From assembly GCA_951406725.2 (NCBI GenBank), contig OX597827.1, forward strand, positions 65,100,001-65,164,000: a DNA stretch of 64,000 nucleotides, written 5' to 3'. The notes below the pieces were generated by a model. The model saw nothing but the letters and a program-made list of their open reading frames with translations. It was not told the origin of the DNA and ran no database searches. Made by a program: the position numbers and the translations under genes. This DNA comes from Octopus vulgaris. Lineage: Eukaryota. Shown one piece after another: positions 30,431-45,104 of the stretch. Numbering within the stretch: the stretch's first letter is position 1; each line of letters begins with the position of its first letter.

Positions 30431-30828
30431 TCTTTATATATAAGAGTGAAGTTGTCTGTCTGTCTCCTACGATTTAGATTCGTAACTACTCCCACATTTT
30501 GCGGTGCAGTTTAACCAAAAGCGGGTATCTTAAAGTCGTGAGTCATATCGAGCCCTTCTGGGTATTAGCGCGCGTCTACGATGAGTCTACGATTTAAAAA
30601 AAAATTTACCATCATATTTTTTCATTTTAATGCATTTTGTTCGCTATTATATAAGGGAAGTAACTCTCTAAAAATATCTACGATGTGTCAACGATTTAAA
30701 AAAAAATTACCTTAATTTTTTTTCCATTTTTAATGCATTTTTTTGCTATTTTTTGGCTATAACTCTCTAAAAATGCTTATATAGTTATTTCCTTTACAAA
30801 CCCGAGCAACACCGGGCGATACTGCTAG
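30431..30828 (+). mobile_element. Non-autonomous Helitron
   Basis: A|TCTTTATATATAA start, subterminal hairpin CCCGAGCAACACCGGG, CTAG|T end, no TSD; internal ~95-bp duplication. Confidence 0.85.
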
Positions 30829-31496
30829 TGATATATAAAAACATGTGACATATTAATAAAAATATGTAAATATAATACCATCCAGATTTCTGAGCACCTT
30901 ATTTCTTCAAATACACCTCCCCCCCACACACGCACATCAATATATATATATATGTGCATATATTTCGGTTTAGATATGTGTATATTGGCATATATTTGTA
31001 TGTGTGTATGTGTGTGTGTGAGTCTGTGTGTGTTTGTATGTATCCGTATGTGTGTGTCTGCGTGTCTCGGTAGGTAAGAGGCATCCCTATCCTATACATG
31101 TGCAATGTGTTCAGAAAATTGCTTCGTAGACAATAAGTTAGTTTTGACAAAATTTTCTTTAAATAAAGAAATATATAGTAATAATAAATGAAATGCTAGT
31201 TAGTAACTTCAGCTCAAACTTGCTAATTGTACAATCTACAGGATAAATTATAGGATAATCAAAGACAAAGTTGAGCTAATCTATTACAGTTATATGACAC
31301 AGAATTAAAACCCAACGACCATATATAAGAGGCCGAAGGATCGATTTGTAGAATAATTAGAACCTGATATCATCATGTAATATACATGGCCATATTAGCA
31401 TATTTAAGAAAAACTGAATGATGTCCTTGGTCATCATGAAGCTTTAAAAATACATTTGTAATCATAGATGGCACACCAGACAATGAATGTCACATG

Positions 31497-31593
<97 letters not shown>

Positions 31594-32261
31594 ATATATA
31601 TATATATATATATATATCTGTCGGTCTGTCTATCTACCGCTCTAACTAGCTGTCTGCCTCTCTGCCTGTCTGTATGTGTGCCTGTCTGTCTGTGTGCATG
31701 TGTGCCTGTCTGCCTTTCTGTCTCTCTCAGTCTCTTTCACTCTCACTCTCTCTCTCTCTCTCTCTCTCTCAATCTATCTATCTATCTGCCGATGGATCTA
31801 TCTGCCTATATTGCAATTAAACTCAAAATTCGGTAAATTTCATGACTCAAACAGCTACAGAGGACAGCAGTACCAAGATTCAAGGCAGTGATTCATGCAA
31901 TTACGAACACATTACTATGCCATTACTGCACATAATACCAAACAAAACTAGATAGACAAAAGTCGATAAAATAGCCATCTTAATGGTATTTCATGAAGAA
32001 TCCAGAAACTTGTCTATAGAATTTCTATTAAGGTCAAAATATGAATGGAAATCAATGCGAATTATATGTGCTGGTATAAAGTATGGAGTTAAAATTAAAC
32101 AAGGTAATTTTAGATAAAGGTGGTATTTCAGGTACAACATAATTCCGGCAATCCTTTTCTGCCTACTGCAATAAAATTGCTACTATTGCATATTTCTTCT
32201 GAAGATGATATTGATAAATTCTGGAAAGGTTAATGGCCTGAAAAATAGAAACTCTCTCTAT

Positions 32262-32647
32262 ACTCTTTGCTCTTTTACTTGTTTCAGTCATTTGACTGTG
32301 GCCATGCTGGAGCACCACCTTTTAGTCGGGAAAATCAACCCCAGGACGTATTCTTTGTAAGCCTAGTACTTATTCTATCAGTCTCTTTTGCCGAACCGCT
32401 AAGGTACGGGGACGTAAACACACCAGCATCGGTTGTCAAGCGATGTTGGGGGACAAACACAGACACACAAACATATACACTTACACATACATATATATAC
32501 ATATATACGACGGGCTTCTTTCAGTTTCCGTCTACCAAATCCACTCACAAGGCTTTGGTCGGCCCGAGGTTATAGTAGAAGACACTTGCCCAAGGTGCCA
32601 CGCAGTGGAACTGAACCCGGAATCACGTGGTTCGTAAGCAAGCTACA
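32262..32647 (-). mobile_element. Family B SINE
   Basis: Reverse complement of the 16172-16592 family. Confidence 0.88.
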
Positions 32648-32804
32648 AAAGTATAGCCAATCATTAATTAGAAATTTCGAATTTGGGCACAGAATAATTC
32701 TTCTACAAGACCTACACGAATACAAGCGTATACTAACGAGAGTATTGTAGGTTTCCCCATATTTGATCCTAGGGGTAGGTGTAACTGTGTGGTTAGACGT
32801 TTAT

Positions 32805-33220
32805 GAGCTGGTAGAAATGTTAGTGCGCCGGACGAAATGCTTGGCGGTATTTGGTCTGTCTATATGATCCGAGTTCAAATTCCGCCGAGGTCGACTTTGC
32901 CTTTCATCCTTTCAAGGTCGGTAAATTCAGTACCAGTTACGCACTGGCGTCGATATAATCCACTTCAGCCATTTGTCTGTATTTTTTGTCCCCTCTGGGT
33001 GAAGCTCCTTGTGGGCAGTAAAGAAATAGAAATATGTATTTCGTCTGTCTTTACGTGCTATGTTCAAATTCCACCGAGTCCGACTTTGCCTTTCATCCTT
33101 TCGGGATCTGTAAATTCAGTACCAGTTACGCACTGTGTTCGATGTGATCGACTTAATTCCTTTATCTGTCCGTATTTGTCCCATCTATGTTTAGCCCCTT
33201 GTGGGCAATAAAGAAATAAG
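32805..33220 (+). mobile_element. Family A SINE, partial head-to-tail dimer
   Basis: Central domain and tail occur twice (from ~32873 and ~33062). Confidence 0.85.
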
Positions 33221-34187
33221 AAGTTTGCTTTCCAACCACATGGTCCCGTGTTCAGTCCCGCTGCGTGGCACCTTGCGCATGTGACTTCTATTATAACCTA
33301 CAGCCGACCAAAACCTCGTGAGAGGATTTGGTATATGGAAAGCAAAAGAAGTCCGTTATGCGTGTGTGTATATGTGTGTGCGTGTGATTGTCGCCCGACA
33401 GCACTTGTCAATTGGTGTTGATGTGCTTACATCCTCCCAGCTTAGCTGTTCGGCGATAAAGATCGATAGAATAAGAACCAGGCTTAAACGTAAGTATTGG
33501 GGGTCGATTCATCTGGCAAAAAATTCTTCAGGGCGGTGCCCTAGCTTGGCCGCAGTCTAATGACTGCCACAAGTAAAACATAAGAACATTACAAACAAAT
33601 CCCAGGTATCTATCGGCTTCTTAAATAGAACAGTCCGTATATGCTCTGCTGCAATACTGTTATTAATTCATTTAAAATTATATAACGGACTTCTTCCTTA
33701 TTTAATAATTTCATGGTGCAATATTTGAATAAATAAAGTTTTGAGTTAGTTTCTATGCCTATTTAACAGTTTCTGTTCAGCGGTTTCTCTCCGTCCATGA
33801 AAAAATCTTGATAATCGAATCAAATAGAATTTAATGCTTCGCATAACAAGTCAAACGTAGATGACCTAATCTCGAAACGTATCTATGTAGATACATCCGT
33901 ACATCCGCATATATCTGTACACATATATACGCATATACATACATGCCCAAGAATACATATGCACGTGCGCACAGACACACATACATATGTATATTCTTAT
34001 ACATACATACATATGTGTGTGTGTGTTCGAGTGTGTACGTGTTCCACTGTCTACGTATGTATGTTCCGGGTATGGCAATACATTGCATCTCTTTGAGGCT
34101 GTTCTGGGCCTCCAGAATTGTGGGTAGCTTGACGGAACCCCTTCATTACCATTAATCCCAGTTCAGTTTCGCTCTGTACTCAAATCT

Positions 34188-34418
34188 GGAGTGACTGTAT
34201 GGCAAGTAGCTTGTTTACCAGCCACATGATTCCGGGTTCAGTTCCACTGCGTGGAAGCGTGGGCAAGTGTCCTCTACTATAGCCTCGGGCCGACCAAAGC
34301 ATTGTGAGTGGGCTTGGTAGACGGAGACTGAAAGAAGCCCGTCGTATATATATATATATATATATATATATGTCTGTGTGTGTGTGTGTATGTGTGTGTC
34401 TGTGTGTGTGTATCTGTG

Positions 34419-34453
<35 letters not shown>

Positions 34454-34790
34454 ATGTTTGTGTGTCTGTGCTTGTTCGACAAAAGGCAATGCTCCTGCAT
34501 GGTCGCAGTGAAGATATTTAGTCGAACGAATCGAGCCGATTATTTTTTGTTAAAGCCTAATACTTATTGTATCCGACTCCTTTGTCAAACATTTAAGTAA
34601 CGGGGACATAAACGTATCAATATCGATTGCAAAGCCTGTTTCAGAACACACATAGACACAAAGACACACAGACTGCGGATTAATTTCAGTTTCCGTCAAA
34701 CAAACCGATTGACGAGGCTTTGGTCGGACCGGTGCCATGCAGTGGGACGGAACCCAGAACCATGAGGTTGTGAAGCAAACTTCTTTTATT
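34188..34790. mobile_element. Two family B SINE pieces, tail to tail
   Basis: Plus-strand head at 34188-34345; decayed minus-strand copy at ~34490-34790. Confidence 0.75.
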
Positions 34791-35006
34791 CATTGTATTG
34801 GCCATAAAGGCCTTACATAGAAGGGACGCTTCGGGCTGGACATAGACATAATTTTATGAAATGACAAATGAAAATGATGATAAATGAGGGCAACAAGCAA
34901 CGCCCGCGGATTGCTGCTTACCCGAGACGCAAACTTCTTACCACACAGCCTCATTTAGACGCTCATATACATGTAGATATGTGTGCGTGTATGTGCGATA
35001 GTATCA

Positions 35007-35205
35007 GGATAAAACCCCCCATGAGGATAAAATGCCCCGAAGAGAAAACTTTACCCGACAAATTTTACACAAAGTATCAACTAATAATTTCAAACAAAAT
35101 TTTTAATAAAATTTCATTTTCCTAAAATAATTTTATAAAGAAAGAACAATATCCCGTGGGGGACATTGACTGCCGGGGCATTTTATCCGGAGGGGATTTT
35201 GTCCT
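35007..35205. mobile_element. MITE-like element with imperfect terminal inverted repeats
   Basis: GGATAAAACCCCCC..GGATAAAATGCCCCG versus CGGGGCATTTTATCC..GGGGATTTTGTCC. Confidence 0.6.
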
Positions 35206-35818
35206 CGCTGAGGGTGGTGGTGGATTTTTCCTAGTACTATGAGCGAGCGGCTGTGTTATTCATTGCTCACACGTAAGCTAGTGCTTCCACAACTAGTCAT
35301 AGATGGTAAACGCGCGAGACTTCAATAAGTGCTGGAGTCGATGTGCTCGACAAAACTACTGGAAGTATTACCACACGATACGCGCAACCCAAGTGGTTAT
35401 ACGCAGTACAGAAATAATTCGAGTCTAAGTTTTGGACTCTTAGTTTCATACTGCAAACTGGTTGTGCGTTGTAACTATGCTATGTGTTGTCAACTTTTCG
35501 TCTCCTGGAACTTCTCGTTTCTTTACTGGGTGAACATCTAGGATGCAATTTCGAGGAGTATATTCGATTGTAATATTTGTTTCTTCGCATCTGGATAAAC
35601 TTTCGGTCATTTTTAATCACAATGTGGAAGACAATACACACAAAACATACATACATACACACGCGTGCACGGACACACACATAAACACACAAACGCGCAC
35701 ACACAGATACACGCGCACACAGAAACACACAAACATAGATATACATACATACATACATACATACATACATACATAAATACATTCATACATACATACATAC
35801 ACACATACATATATATAC

Positions 35819-35881
<63 letters not shown>

Positions 35882-37235
35882 ATTAGGGAGAATAACTCCA
35901 AACTTACAGGGAACAATTCAATTTAGTATTAAATCAAATTTCATATCTACATTAGAGTTGCATAATAGTGGTTTTATCTCTAATTTATATTATATATATA
36001 TATATACATATACACATATACATATGCGCATACAGTGGGATTCAGACACATTGTCAACCCATTTAACCTGGGGGATTGGTGTAAAATATCTCTGGGTAAA
36101 AGATTAACGAGAAAGCTTTAAAAAAAAAAAACGCAGACGTATTGAGAAAGAATTCTCTCCAGAAAGTTGTTCCTCAACGAATTACACACATCTTCCATAC
36201 ACTTGATGATACCCAGACAGGAAGGAACCAATAATATATTTATTTGGAAAACTATAACCAACAACGCTATTTTTTACAGAATTGGAATGTTTGCTGCCAG
36301 AGTGCATAAAACTGCTTCTCTTTTTTTTTTTCTGTATAAGCAATATTTGTATTGTATATGTTGTAAAAAAACACATATTTCCTTCGACTCTGCATAGAAA
36401 GTAGTATCTTCATGAAACCACCAAATTACACACAGTAGTCACTTCTTTTTATTTTTTTCTAACTATGTACTATCGGTTGGCATTTTCAGTTTATAAACAA
36501 GAGGTGAATTGGAAATCTGTCTTGAAGAGATAACTAGCAAAAAAAAAAATAAATAAAATAAATAAATAAAAAATGCAAGTTATTTACGCACATGACTATA
36601 CTAAACGACATAAAAAAAGTAGTTGACTAAACACAAAACTGTCCACATTTAACAATAAAACTATTCTGAAATATAACCGAATGTTTTATGTTGAGAAAAC
36701 TAAGATGGGAAACGGATAATCGATAAATCACCCGTATAACTTTAGGTGAGGGGGAAATTTTTTTTACTAAGATATGAGACATTGTAAAGAGATCTCAAAG
36801 GTATCTTAAATCCCTTCTAAAACTTTTGGTGAAATTTAAAACACAGTTAAACTAACCTTCCAGTTTCGTTTTTTTTTCTTCTTTTCTTTTTGGTCATTAT
36901 ACGTGTCACGCAAGTTTCATCTACTAAAACTGCACAGCTGTCAACTGGGAGATCAGCACAGAATTTTAGAGCAATGCTCCAATTGATATATACATACAAC
37001 AGTTTCAGAAATGAAGTTTCCTCTTAGGTATTCAAGCGTAATTATTTTGAGTACAGGGAGAAATCATTTAGCCAGACACAGACAGAAAGCGATACAAATA
37101 ATTTAACCAGCAATGTAACCACTACAGGAAAATTATATAAAGTTTCAATAATTTTGTTCACCCACCTCTAGGACCAGATGGTATTTCAGCCCCCGTTGGA
37201 AAAGTGTGCAGGAATATCTTATAAAAAATAAACAA

Positions 37236-37393
37236 GCGCAGGGGTGGCTGTGTGGTAAGTAGCTGGCTTACCAACCACATGGGTCCGGGTTCAGTCCCAC
37301 TGCGTGGCAACTTGGGTAAGTGTCTTCTACTATAACCTCGGGCCGACCAAAGCTTTGTGACGGAAACTGAAAGAAGCCCGTCGTATATATGTC

Positions 37394-37425
<32 letters not shown>

Positions 37426-37632
37426 TTGTGTGTCTGTGTTTGTCCCCCCAAAATCGCTTGAAAACCGATGCTGGTGTGTTTACCTCCCCATAACTTAGCG
37501 GTTCGGCAAAAGAGACCGATAGAATAAGAAATAGGCTTACAAAGAATAAGTCCTGGGGTCTATTTGCTCGATTAAATGCAATGCTCCAGCATGGCCGCAG
37601 TCAAATGACTGAAACAAGTAAAAGAGTAAAAG
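37236..37632 (+). mobile_element. Family B SINE
   Basis: Full head to tail, with a small internal deletion. Confidence 0.9.
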
Positions 37633-37745
37633 TATTGAAAATCGCTATCTGCAATTCTTTTAGGTTCTATAAAATAACTAAAAATAATAAATGGTAAAAA
37701 TAGGGTAAAATTAAATAACCATAGGACTTGCAGATCTCATATATC

Positions 37746-37819
37746 ATATGTCAAACAGTTTCTAGAAAAATAGCAACTTCATTAGCAGTTGCTATTTTTC
37801 TAGAAACTGTTTGACATAT
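37746..37819. repeat. Perfect 33-bp inverted repeat with 8-nt loop
   Basis: ATATGTCAAACAGTTTCTAGAAAAATAGCAACT - TCATTAGC - AGTTGCTATTTTTCTAGAAACTGTTTGACATAT. Confidence 0.95.
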
Positions 37820-38023
37820 CTGCGTCCAAATTATGATGAATTGGTTGCGTTTATTTACACATTGCTGTCAACAGCCCGTGAAATATGACTGCCGAATTAA
37901 GCCTAAGCTACAAGCACTGGGTCTTTGCCATTTCTAGACAATGTATGGTGTTTATTTATATGACATCAGGAAATAATATAGCGCTGAGTGAATGTACTCA
38001 ACACGATGTTGATTTGTTGTTTA

Positions 38024-38105
38024 CTAGCAGTAATACCCGTCGTTGATTGGGTAGTTACTGTTACTCTTTTTCCGGAGCCAGCGTCAAAGTTTTATTATAT
38101 AAAGA
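38024..38105 (-). mobile_element. Minimal 82-bp Helitron derivative
   Basis: Minus: A|TCTTTATATAATAAAA...ACCCAATCAACGACGGGT ATTACTGCTAG|T; both ends resemble 30431-30828. Confidence 0.7.
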
Positions 38106-38251
38106 TATTTATTCCTCCTGTATGGGTGTATGTTATAAGGAGAAAACAAAACACGTAATAATTGAAGTAGAAAAAAGATCAATTTCATACAGGAACTTCT
38201 GTTTGTTTGTTATATGACAATAATAAGTGACTTATATGGCAATAATAAGTA

Positions 38252-38408
38252 TGGAGTGACTGTGTGGTAAGTAGCTTGCTAACCAATCACATGGTTCCGG
38301 GTTCAGTCCCACTGCGTGGCATCTTGGGCAAGTGTCTTCTGCTATAGCCTCGGGCCGACCAATGACTTGTGAGTGGATTTGGTAGACGGAAACTGAAAGA
38401 AGCCTGTC

Positions 38409-38458
<50 letters not shown>

Positions 38459-38673
38459 ATATGTTTGTGTGTCTGTGTTTGTTCCTCTAGCATTGCTTGA
38501 CAACCAATGCTGGTGTGTTTAGGTCCCCGTCACTTAGCGGTTCGGCAAAAGAGACCGATAGAATAAGTACTGGGCTTACAAAGAATAAGTCCCGGGGTCG
38601 ATTTGCTCGACTAAAGGTGGTGCTCCAACATGGCCGCAGTCAAATGACTGAAACAAGTAAAAGAGTAAAAGAG
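38252..38673 (+). mobile_element. Family B SINE
   Basis: Near full-length match to 16172-16592. Confidence 0.9.
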
Positions 38674-39211
38674 TATGTGTTATTTTATATGTTATTACCG
38701 TATTGGCAATTATATAATACACAAGCTTTGATCGACACGGAGCTGCGATACAAGAGAATTGCTCAACTGCCGCATAGTGGGTCTGAACCCAAGGTGACAT
38801 GGTTAGAAAGCAAGCTCTTCAACCACACAGCCACATCTATAAAGGAGAGCTATATTTTTTTGGATAATATACTGTTTGATACAACATACTTGACAAAAAG
38901 ATGGGATGTTTACGGCGAGAAGACTTTTGATTTTGATATTTACTCGAGCACCAACTAACAACGCTACCCATTACAGGATGTTCCACAATCAACTAACTGT
39001 TTCAATGAAATAGAGCACGTTTAAAAAAAAATTGATAGAATTTTATATTTATTACCAAAGCGTAGGTTTATAAATCCTACGTCAAACGTTTATTGAAAAT
39101 TTTCAACATGTCTGTATCACTGCATACTTCAAATCATTCCTTAGCGTTGTGAAACACATTTTGAAGCACTTCTCATTTCTAAGGTATTTTTCGATGTTGT
39201 TGTTGTTGTAG

Positions 39212-39299
<88 letters not shown>

Positions 39300-39529
39300 T
39301 ACTATTATTATTATTATTATTATCACGAATAATTTAAATGTAATTATTCGTTGAATCGTCAAATATATGTTTTCCTGGAAAGAAGCAGGATTTCGCTGCT
39401 GTAGCGTCACTCCACCATAGGCAGCCTATGAACTTTTCAACCCACCTTCGTACACACACACACACGCACACGCACACACAAACAGACGCATACGCACACC
39501 CTCAAGCACACACACACACACGCGCACAA

Positions 39530-39582
<53 letters not shown>

Positions 39583-39863
39583 TACAAGCACACGCACAAA
39601 CAAACATAGATATAGATATATATATACGCAAACTACATCTGCAAAAACCTGAAGGAATCAAGAAATGGTAAATTCGTGCAAAATAAATCACAATGAAATA
39701 CGTAAGCAATAAATATAGAGACAAAGAAATAAATAGAACTTAATATATCACTATTCTATAACGAGTAGAAAGATGTTGCAATAAATCTAATACGATAAAT
39801 AAGTAATTTGTAAGGTTGAAATGAAAATCTTAGACAATATGATAAACAAATACTAAATTTACC

Positions 39864-40075
39864 TCTTTTACTTGTTTCAGTCATTTGACTGTGGCCATGC
39901 TGGAGCACCGCCTTTAAATCGAGCAACTCGACCCCAGGACTTATTCTTTTGTAAGCCCAGTACTTATTCTATCGGTCTCTTTTGCCGAACCGGTAAGTAA
40001 CGGGGACATAAGCACACCAGCATCGGTTGTCAAGCAATGCTAGGGGGACAAATACAGACACACAAACACACGCAC

Positions 40076-40108
<33 letters not shown>

Positions 40109-40274
40109 TACGACGGGCTTCTTTCAGTTTCCGTCCACCAAATCCACTCACAAGGCATTGGTCGGCCCGAGGCTATAGTAGAAGACACTTGCCCAAGGTG
40201 CCACGCAGTGGGACTGAACCCGGAACCATGTGGTTGGTAAACAAGCTACTTACCACACAGCCACTCCTGCGCCT
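39864..40274 (-). mobile_element. Family B SINE
   Basis: Full-length reverse complement copy. Confidence 0.9.
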
Positions 40275-41169
40275 ATAGCCACTCCTGTTTTATGATTAGA
40301 AATATTTACTTTATAATATATTTATCATGGTTTTTGCTATTGTCTTACGTATGTTCTCTCTTAATGTTGATAATCGGAATTATAATAGAAGACTATGTAC
40401 GAATAGACTCGTGAAGGCAACTCGCTCAATTTCCAGTGGGAGCGCTCTCTCACATTACGACATATTTTATTGAATATTCCGTTCAAGCCCTTCTCGCAGT
40501 CGCTGTCAGCATTGCCTGTCGTGCAATGACAATTTTACGCTGAATCGTCTCTATGCTTCAGTAGATATAATTTGTAGCGATATTCAGTTTTAGGCAGCCT
40601 AAAACTGAGAGTTTCAATTGGTTAATTTTCACCTTTTTTACATGACATTAACCCTTGACAAAAAAAAATGGAGCTGTAAAAATATTCTCATTATATTTGA
40701 AATTCAAGAGAAATGTGTATTATTGAAAGATATCATTGTGAGAATTTATTTATTACGAACTCAGCATGAAATAGGTGATACCCGGATTATATAAAAGAAA
40801 TTCTGCTTCATATCTTCAAATCCTTTCCAACGAATGCAGATTTACAGAAAAGCAGAAGTCTAGGTTTAGAGACTGCTTCTACATTTCTAAAGGGACTTAA
40901 CTCCTACTCACTTAGGCAATTGCCTTCATAATGAGAGATTCCCCATTGCTAAAGAGACGTTAAAGCACATTTGTTCATCAACACTTGGTGTATTTCTAAT
41001 TTCTCTTTCGCTGTTGCTAGATGAATGTTGACCCTCTGCTGTACTATTAGTCTTTTCCACAGGTATTGGTTTTAGCCTATTAAATATATAAGAAACCTCC
41101 CAATGAAAAACACACAGCTACATTCACGCAAACACACACACGGACACGCACGCGTATATATATATATAT

Positions 41170-41402
41170 CTATTTCTTTATTACTCACAAGGGGCTAAAC
41201 ATAGAGGGCACAAGCAAGGACAGAAACACGGATTAAGTCGATTACATCCACCCCAGTGCGTAACTGGTACTTAATTTATCGACCCCGAAAGGATGAAAGG
41301 CAAAGTCGACCTAGACGGAATTTGAACTCAGAACGTTGCGGCGGACGAAATACGGCTACGTATTTCGCCCGGCGTGCTAACGTTTCTGCCAGCTCACCGC
41401 CT
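41170..41402 (-). mobile_element. Family A SINE
   Basis: Reverse complement of family A; ACGCGTATATA flanks both sides. Confidence 0.9.
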
Positions 41403-42548
41403 TTTACGCGTATATACATCCGCTCTTAGTCACTGCGAAGGAGAAAAGCAGAAGAGAAAATTAACAGCGCTGACGTCGAGAGACTGAGAACGTAGAAGCC
41501 CGACCAGAAAAGTTAACCACTGATATATTCGAACGTATGGAGTAATCGTTACTATGGTGTCAACATACGTTTTTATCGAAAAGCTGAGTTGGTGAATACA
41601 CATGATAATACATACGGATATTTCTACATAAGCATCTAAAGATTAGATATACTTAACATACAAGTAACGAAGCCGAGATAGTTTCAGGAGTTGCATAGAA
41701 ACTAATAAGAAAAATATAGAAAAATCATCGTAGTATATTGTTGGCGATGTTCTCCACACTTTTCCCCCCATATCTCGCTATTTAGGCTTTTATTACTTCA
41801 ACTAAGTTTATTTATGTAATTTATAATTAAAATATATATTTCTTTATCCATACGCACGAACAGAGGCAGAGACGCACACACACACACACTGACACATACA
41901 CGCATGCTTTATACTCGCTTATTTACATAAACGCTTATTTATACACGCATAAAATATCTTCAAGTGTTGAACGATAACTTAAGTATTTTACGATGTATTC
42001 AGCTTACACCATTCACGTAATATGCGATATAAAAAAACCTTTAAAAATACGCAAGCTCACTCACATGAATACATACACATACACGCACACACATACACGC
42101 AACCAGGAACAGATGTATAAACACATACACAAAGAAACACAGTCACACTTGCACACGTACACAAAATCTATTTCCAAGTGTTGAACGATAACTGAGTATT
42201 TACGATCCATTTTAGTCAATATATTGGCGTAATTTTTAATTTCTTGAAGATAATTTTTTTTTAAACGTCCACCATCTTACCCAACGTATACACACGCATC
42301 TATACACGTATTGTATCTCCATGTGTTTAACGGTAGCTATGTATTTACGATCGGAATCTCAAGTAGTGAATAACTTTCAATTTAATTACTGAAAAGACAT
42401 TTCTTTTCTTTACGGAGGAATTTACAGAACAAAAAAAATTTCAATGATATATTGTAGAAAAGATTTCTATGGAAAATACGAAATATATTTAAGGCGAAGG
42501 CAAAATAAAATCTTTTGAAACAATGTATGGAAACATATATGCAAGTGT

Positions 42549-42669
<121 letters not shown>

Positions 42670-43194
42670 CAGACATACAATGTATGGAACCATATATGCA
42701 GGTATATTCATATATATATATATATATATATAAATGCAGAAATATATAGATGTATATATATGTATACATAAATATATATATATATATATACGAATATATA
42801 TCTATATCTATCTATCGATTTGTCTGTAAATATATACAGAGAGAGTGAGAGAGAAAGGATATACATATGTACAGAGAGAGAGGGAGGGAGGGAGGGGAGA
42901 TAGAGGGAGGGGATATACAGTGAGGGAGAGAAAGAGATAGAGAGAGAGAAAGAGGGAGAGAAAAAGAGAGAGAGAGAGAGTGATAGTTAACAGCACGACT
43001 AGAAAAAGGTACTATCAGGTTGAATAAAAAGTAAGCAACGTTTTGAACCATGAATTATTTGTACTAGAATTTTGCAGAGTTCTGAAGTTTGTTAAAACAA
43101 TTTTTTGTAATAGTTTGATAACACAGACATAAACTTGCTCAAATGAATATCAATAAATCAACGTTGATATTTTTCCTCGTTGATACAGTCATCG

Positions 43195-44015
43195 GAACTG
43201 GACCACTCGAAGCGCGACATTAGATCAATTTTGCTTTTCACTTTTAAAAAGGACGTAACGCAGCTGAAACTGCTCGCCATATCAACTAAAAGTTTGGGGA
43301 GGAAATGACCAGTGAGTGGTCAGCTCGAAAATGGTTTCAATGATTTCGCAGTGGAGACCTGATTATTGAAGATTGTGAGCATAGTGGACGCCCATCTGTC
43401 ATCGATGACGGTCAATTAAAAGCCCGTCAGTGAAAAGATCCACACAAAACCACTCGGGAACTGGTAAGAGAACTTCAAGTTAGCCAGAAAACTGCCTTCA
43501 AACATTTGCATGCGATCGGAAAGTCAAAAATGCTCGACAAATGGGTAGCACACGATTTGAATGAAAATCAGAAAACGTACAGATATGAAATTTGCTTTCT
43601 ATAACCAGACGGATGCACATTTCGATTTCTTCTCTATAACCAGACTGATGCACTTTTCTACTGTTTTGTAATATGTGATAGAAAGTGGATTCTGTACAAT
43701 AATAAAAAGCGTTTTTTAATTTTTTTGCAGTGGTTGGTCCAAAACGAAGCACCGAAAATCTTTCCTAAACGGGAGTTCTTCAAAAATAAGATTATGATGA
43801 CTGTTTAGTGGTGCACTACTGGATATATCCACCATTACTTCTTAAAACCCGGAAAAGAACATTACTGCAGAAACATATTGCCAAAATGAAGGAAAGATTG
43901 CTGAAAGAGCGTTCAAAGTGTTCATCAGCTCCAGAGATTTATGTTACCTGAAAAAACAAACTTGTAACTCGTAGGCAAAAATGTGTTGATTGTAATGGTA
44001 TTTGCTTTGATGAAC
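43195..44015 (+). pseudogene. Decayed mariner transposase with an internal deletion
   Basis: GRNAAETARHIN*KFG..SARKWFQ*FRSGDLIIEDCEHSGRPSVIDD, TTRELVRELQVSQKTAFKHLHAIGK..DKWVAHDL (WVPHEL-like), ICDRKWILYNN, KIMMTV*W, then C-terminal KLVTRRQKCVDCNG; stops and frameshifts. Confidence 0.9.
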
Positions 44016-44379
44016 AGAATTTCCGCATTGTTGAAATATTTTGTGATGAATGATATGTTTCAAAACGTTGAGAGTTTGTAATGAAATATATACATACATA
44101 CATAATACATACATACATACATACATACATACATACCTGCATATATATATAAATATAAAAGAAAAAAATTTAAGTTTAAAAATTTAAATTAAAGAAATAT
44201 TTTTTAAAATATAAAAATCTATAAATATAAATTAATAATTTTAAATTTAAATAATTTGAATTTTGAATTTTATTTTTTATATACTTTGTATATTATATTA
44301 ATTATTTTTATTTTTATGTTTTGGTTTATGTTTTTCAATGTTTGATTTGCTTAATAGTGGTTTTATCTCTAATTTAATT

Positions 44380-44413
<34 letters not shown>

Positions 44414-44434
44414 CATATATATACATATATATAT

Positions 44435-44483
<49 letters not shown>

Positions 44484-44484
44484 C

Positions 44485-44559
<75 letters not shown>

Positions 44560-45104
44560 CATATATACAAACCTTGTTTCAGCGAGATTCGAAATAGAAA
44601 ATAAAGAATCGATTTAAATTAGTGAAGATATTTACCAGCCTAACCACCGATTGTTAAAACACGCCTATGACAAAAATACTGAGAGATAATATAAAAATAT
44701 ATATATACCACTACAACGTCAATTCACAAAACAAACGCTTTTCTATCATATTAATTCCAGTGGTGTGAATCTTCTTCCAATGACATCTAATATGACGAAG
44801 CCAAAGAACAACATTAACTTCTTTGCATTCGGCACATGAACTCTAATAAACAGTTTAGTTCTTTTCCGTGAAGATCAAAATGTTACATGAAAGATACGTA
44901 TATAAATAATTACTAATGAATGAAGACTACCAAAAGCTTTGCACAAGAAATACTAGCAAAATCAAAGTATTTATTGAAAGGTATCTACTTTGAATCAGAA
45001 ATGTAGATGCATTAACCAGACAAATAAGACACATGTGACATCATATGTGTCTTATTAAAATAATCATGTGATATGTGTGCGTAGTTATTTGTAAACACAC
45101 AGAC

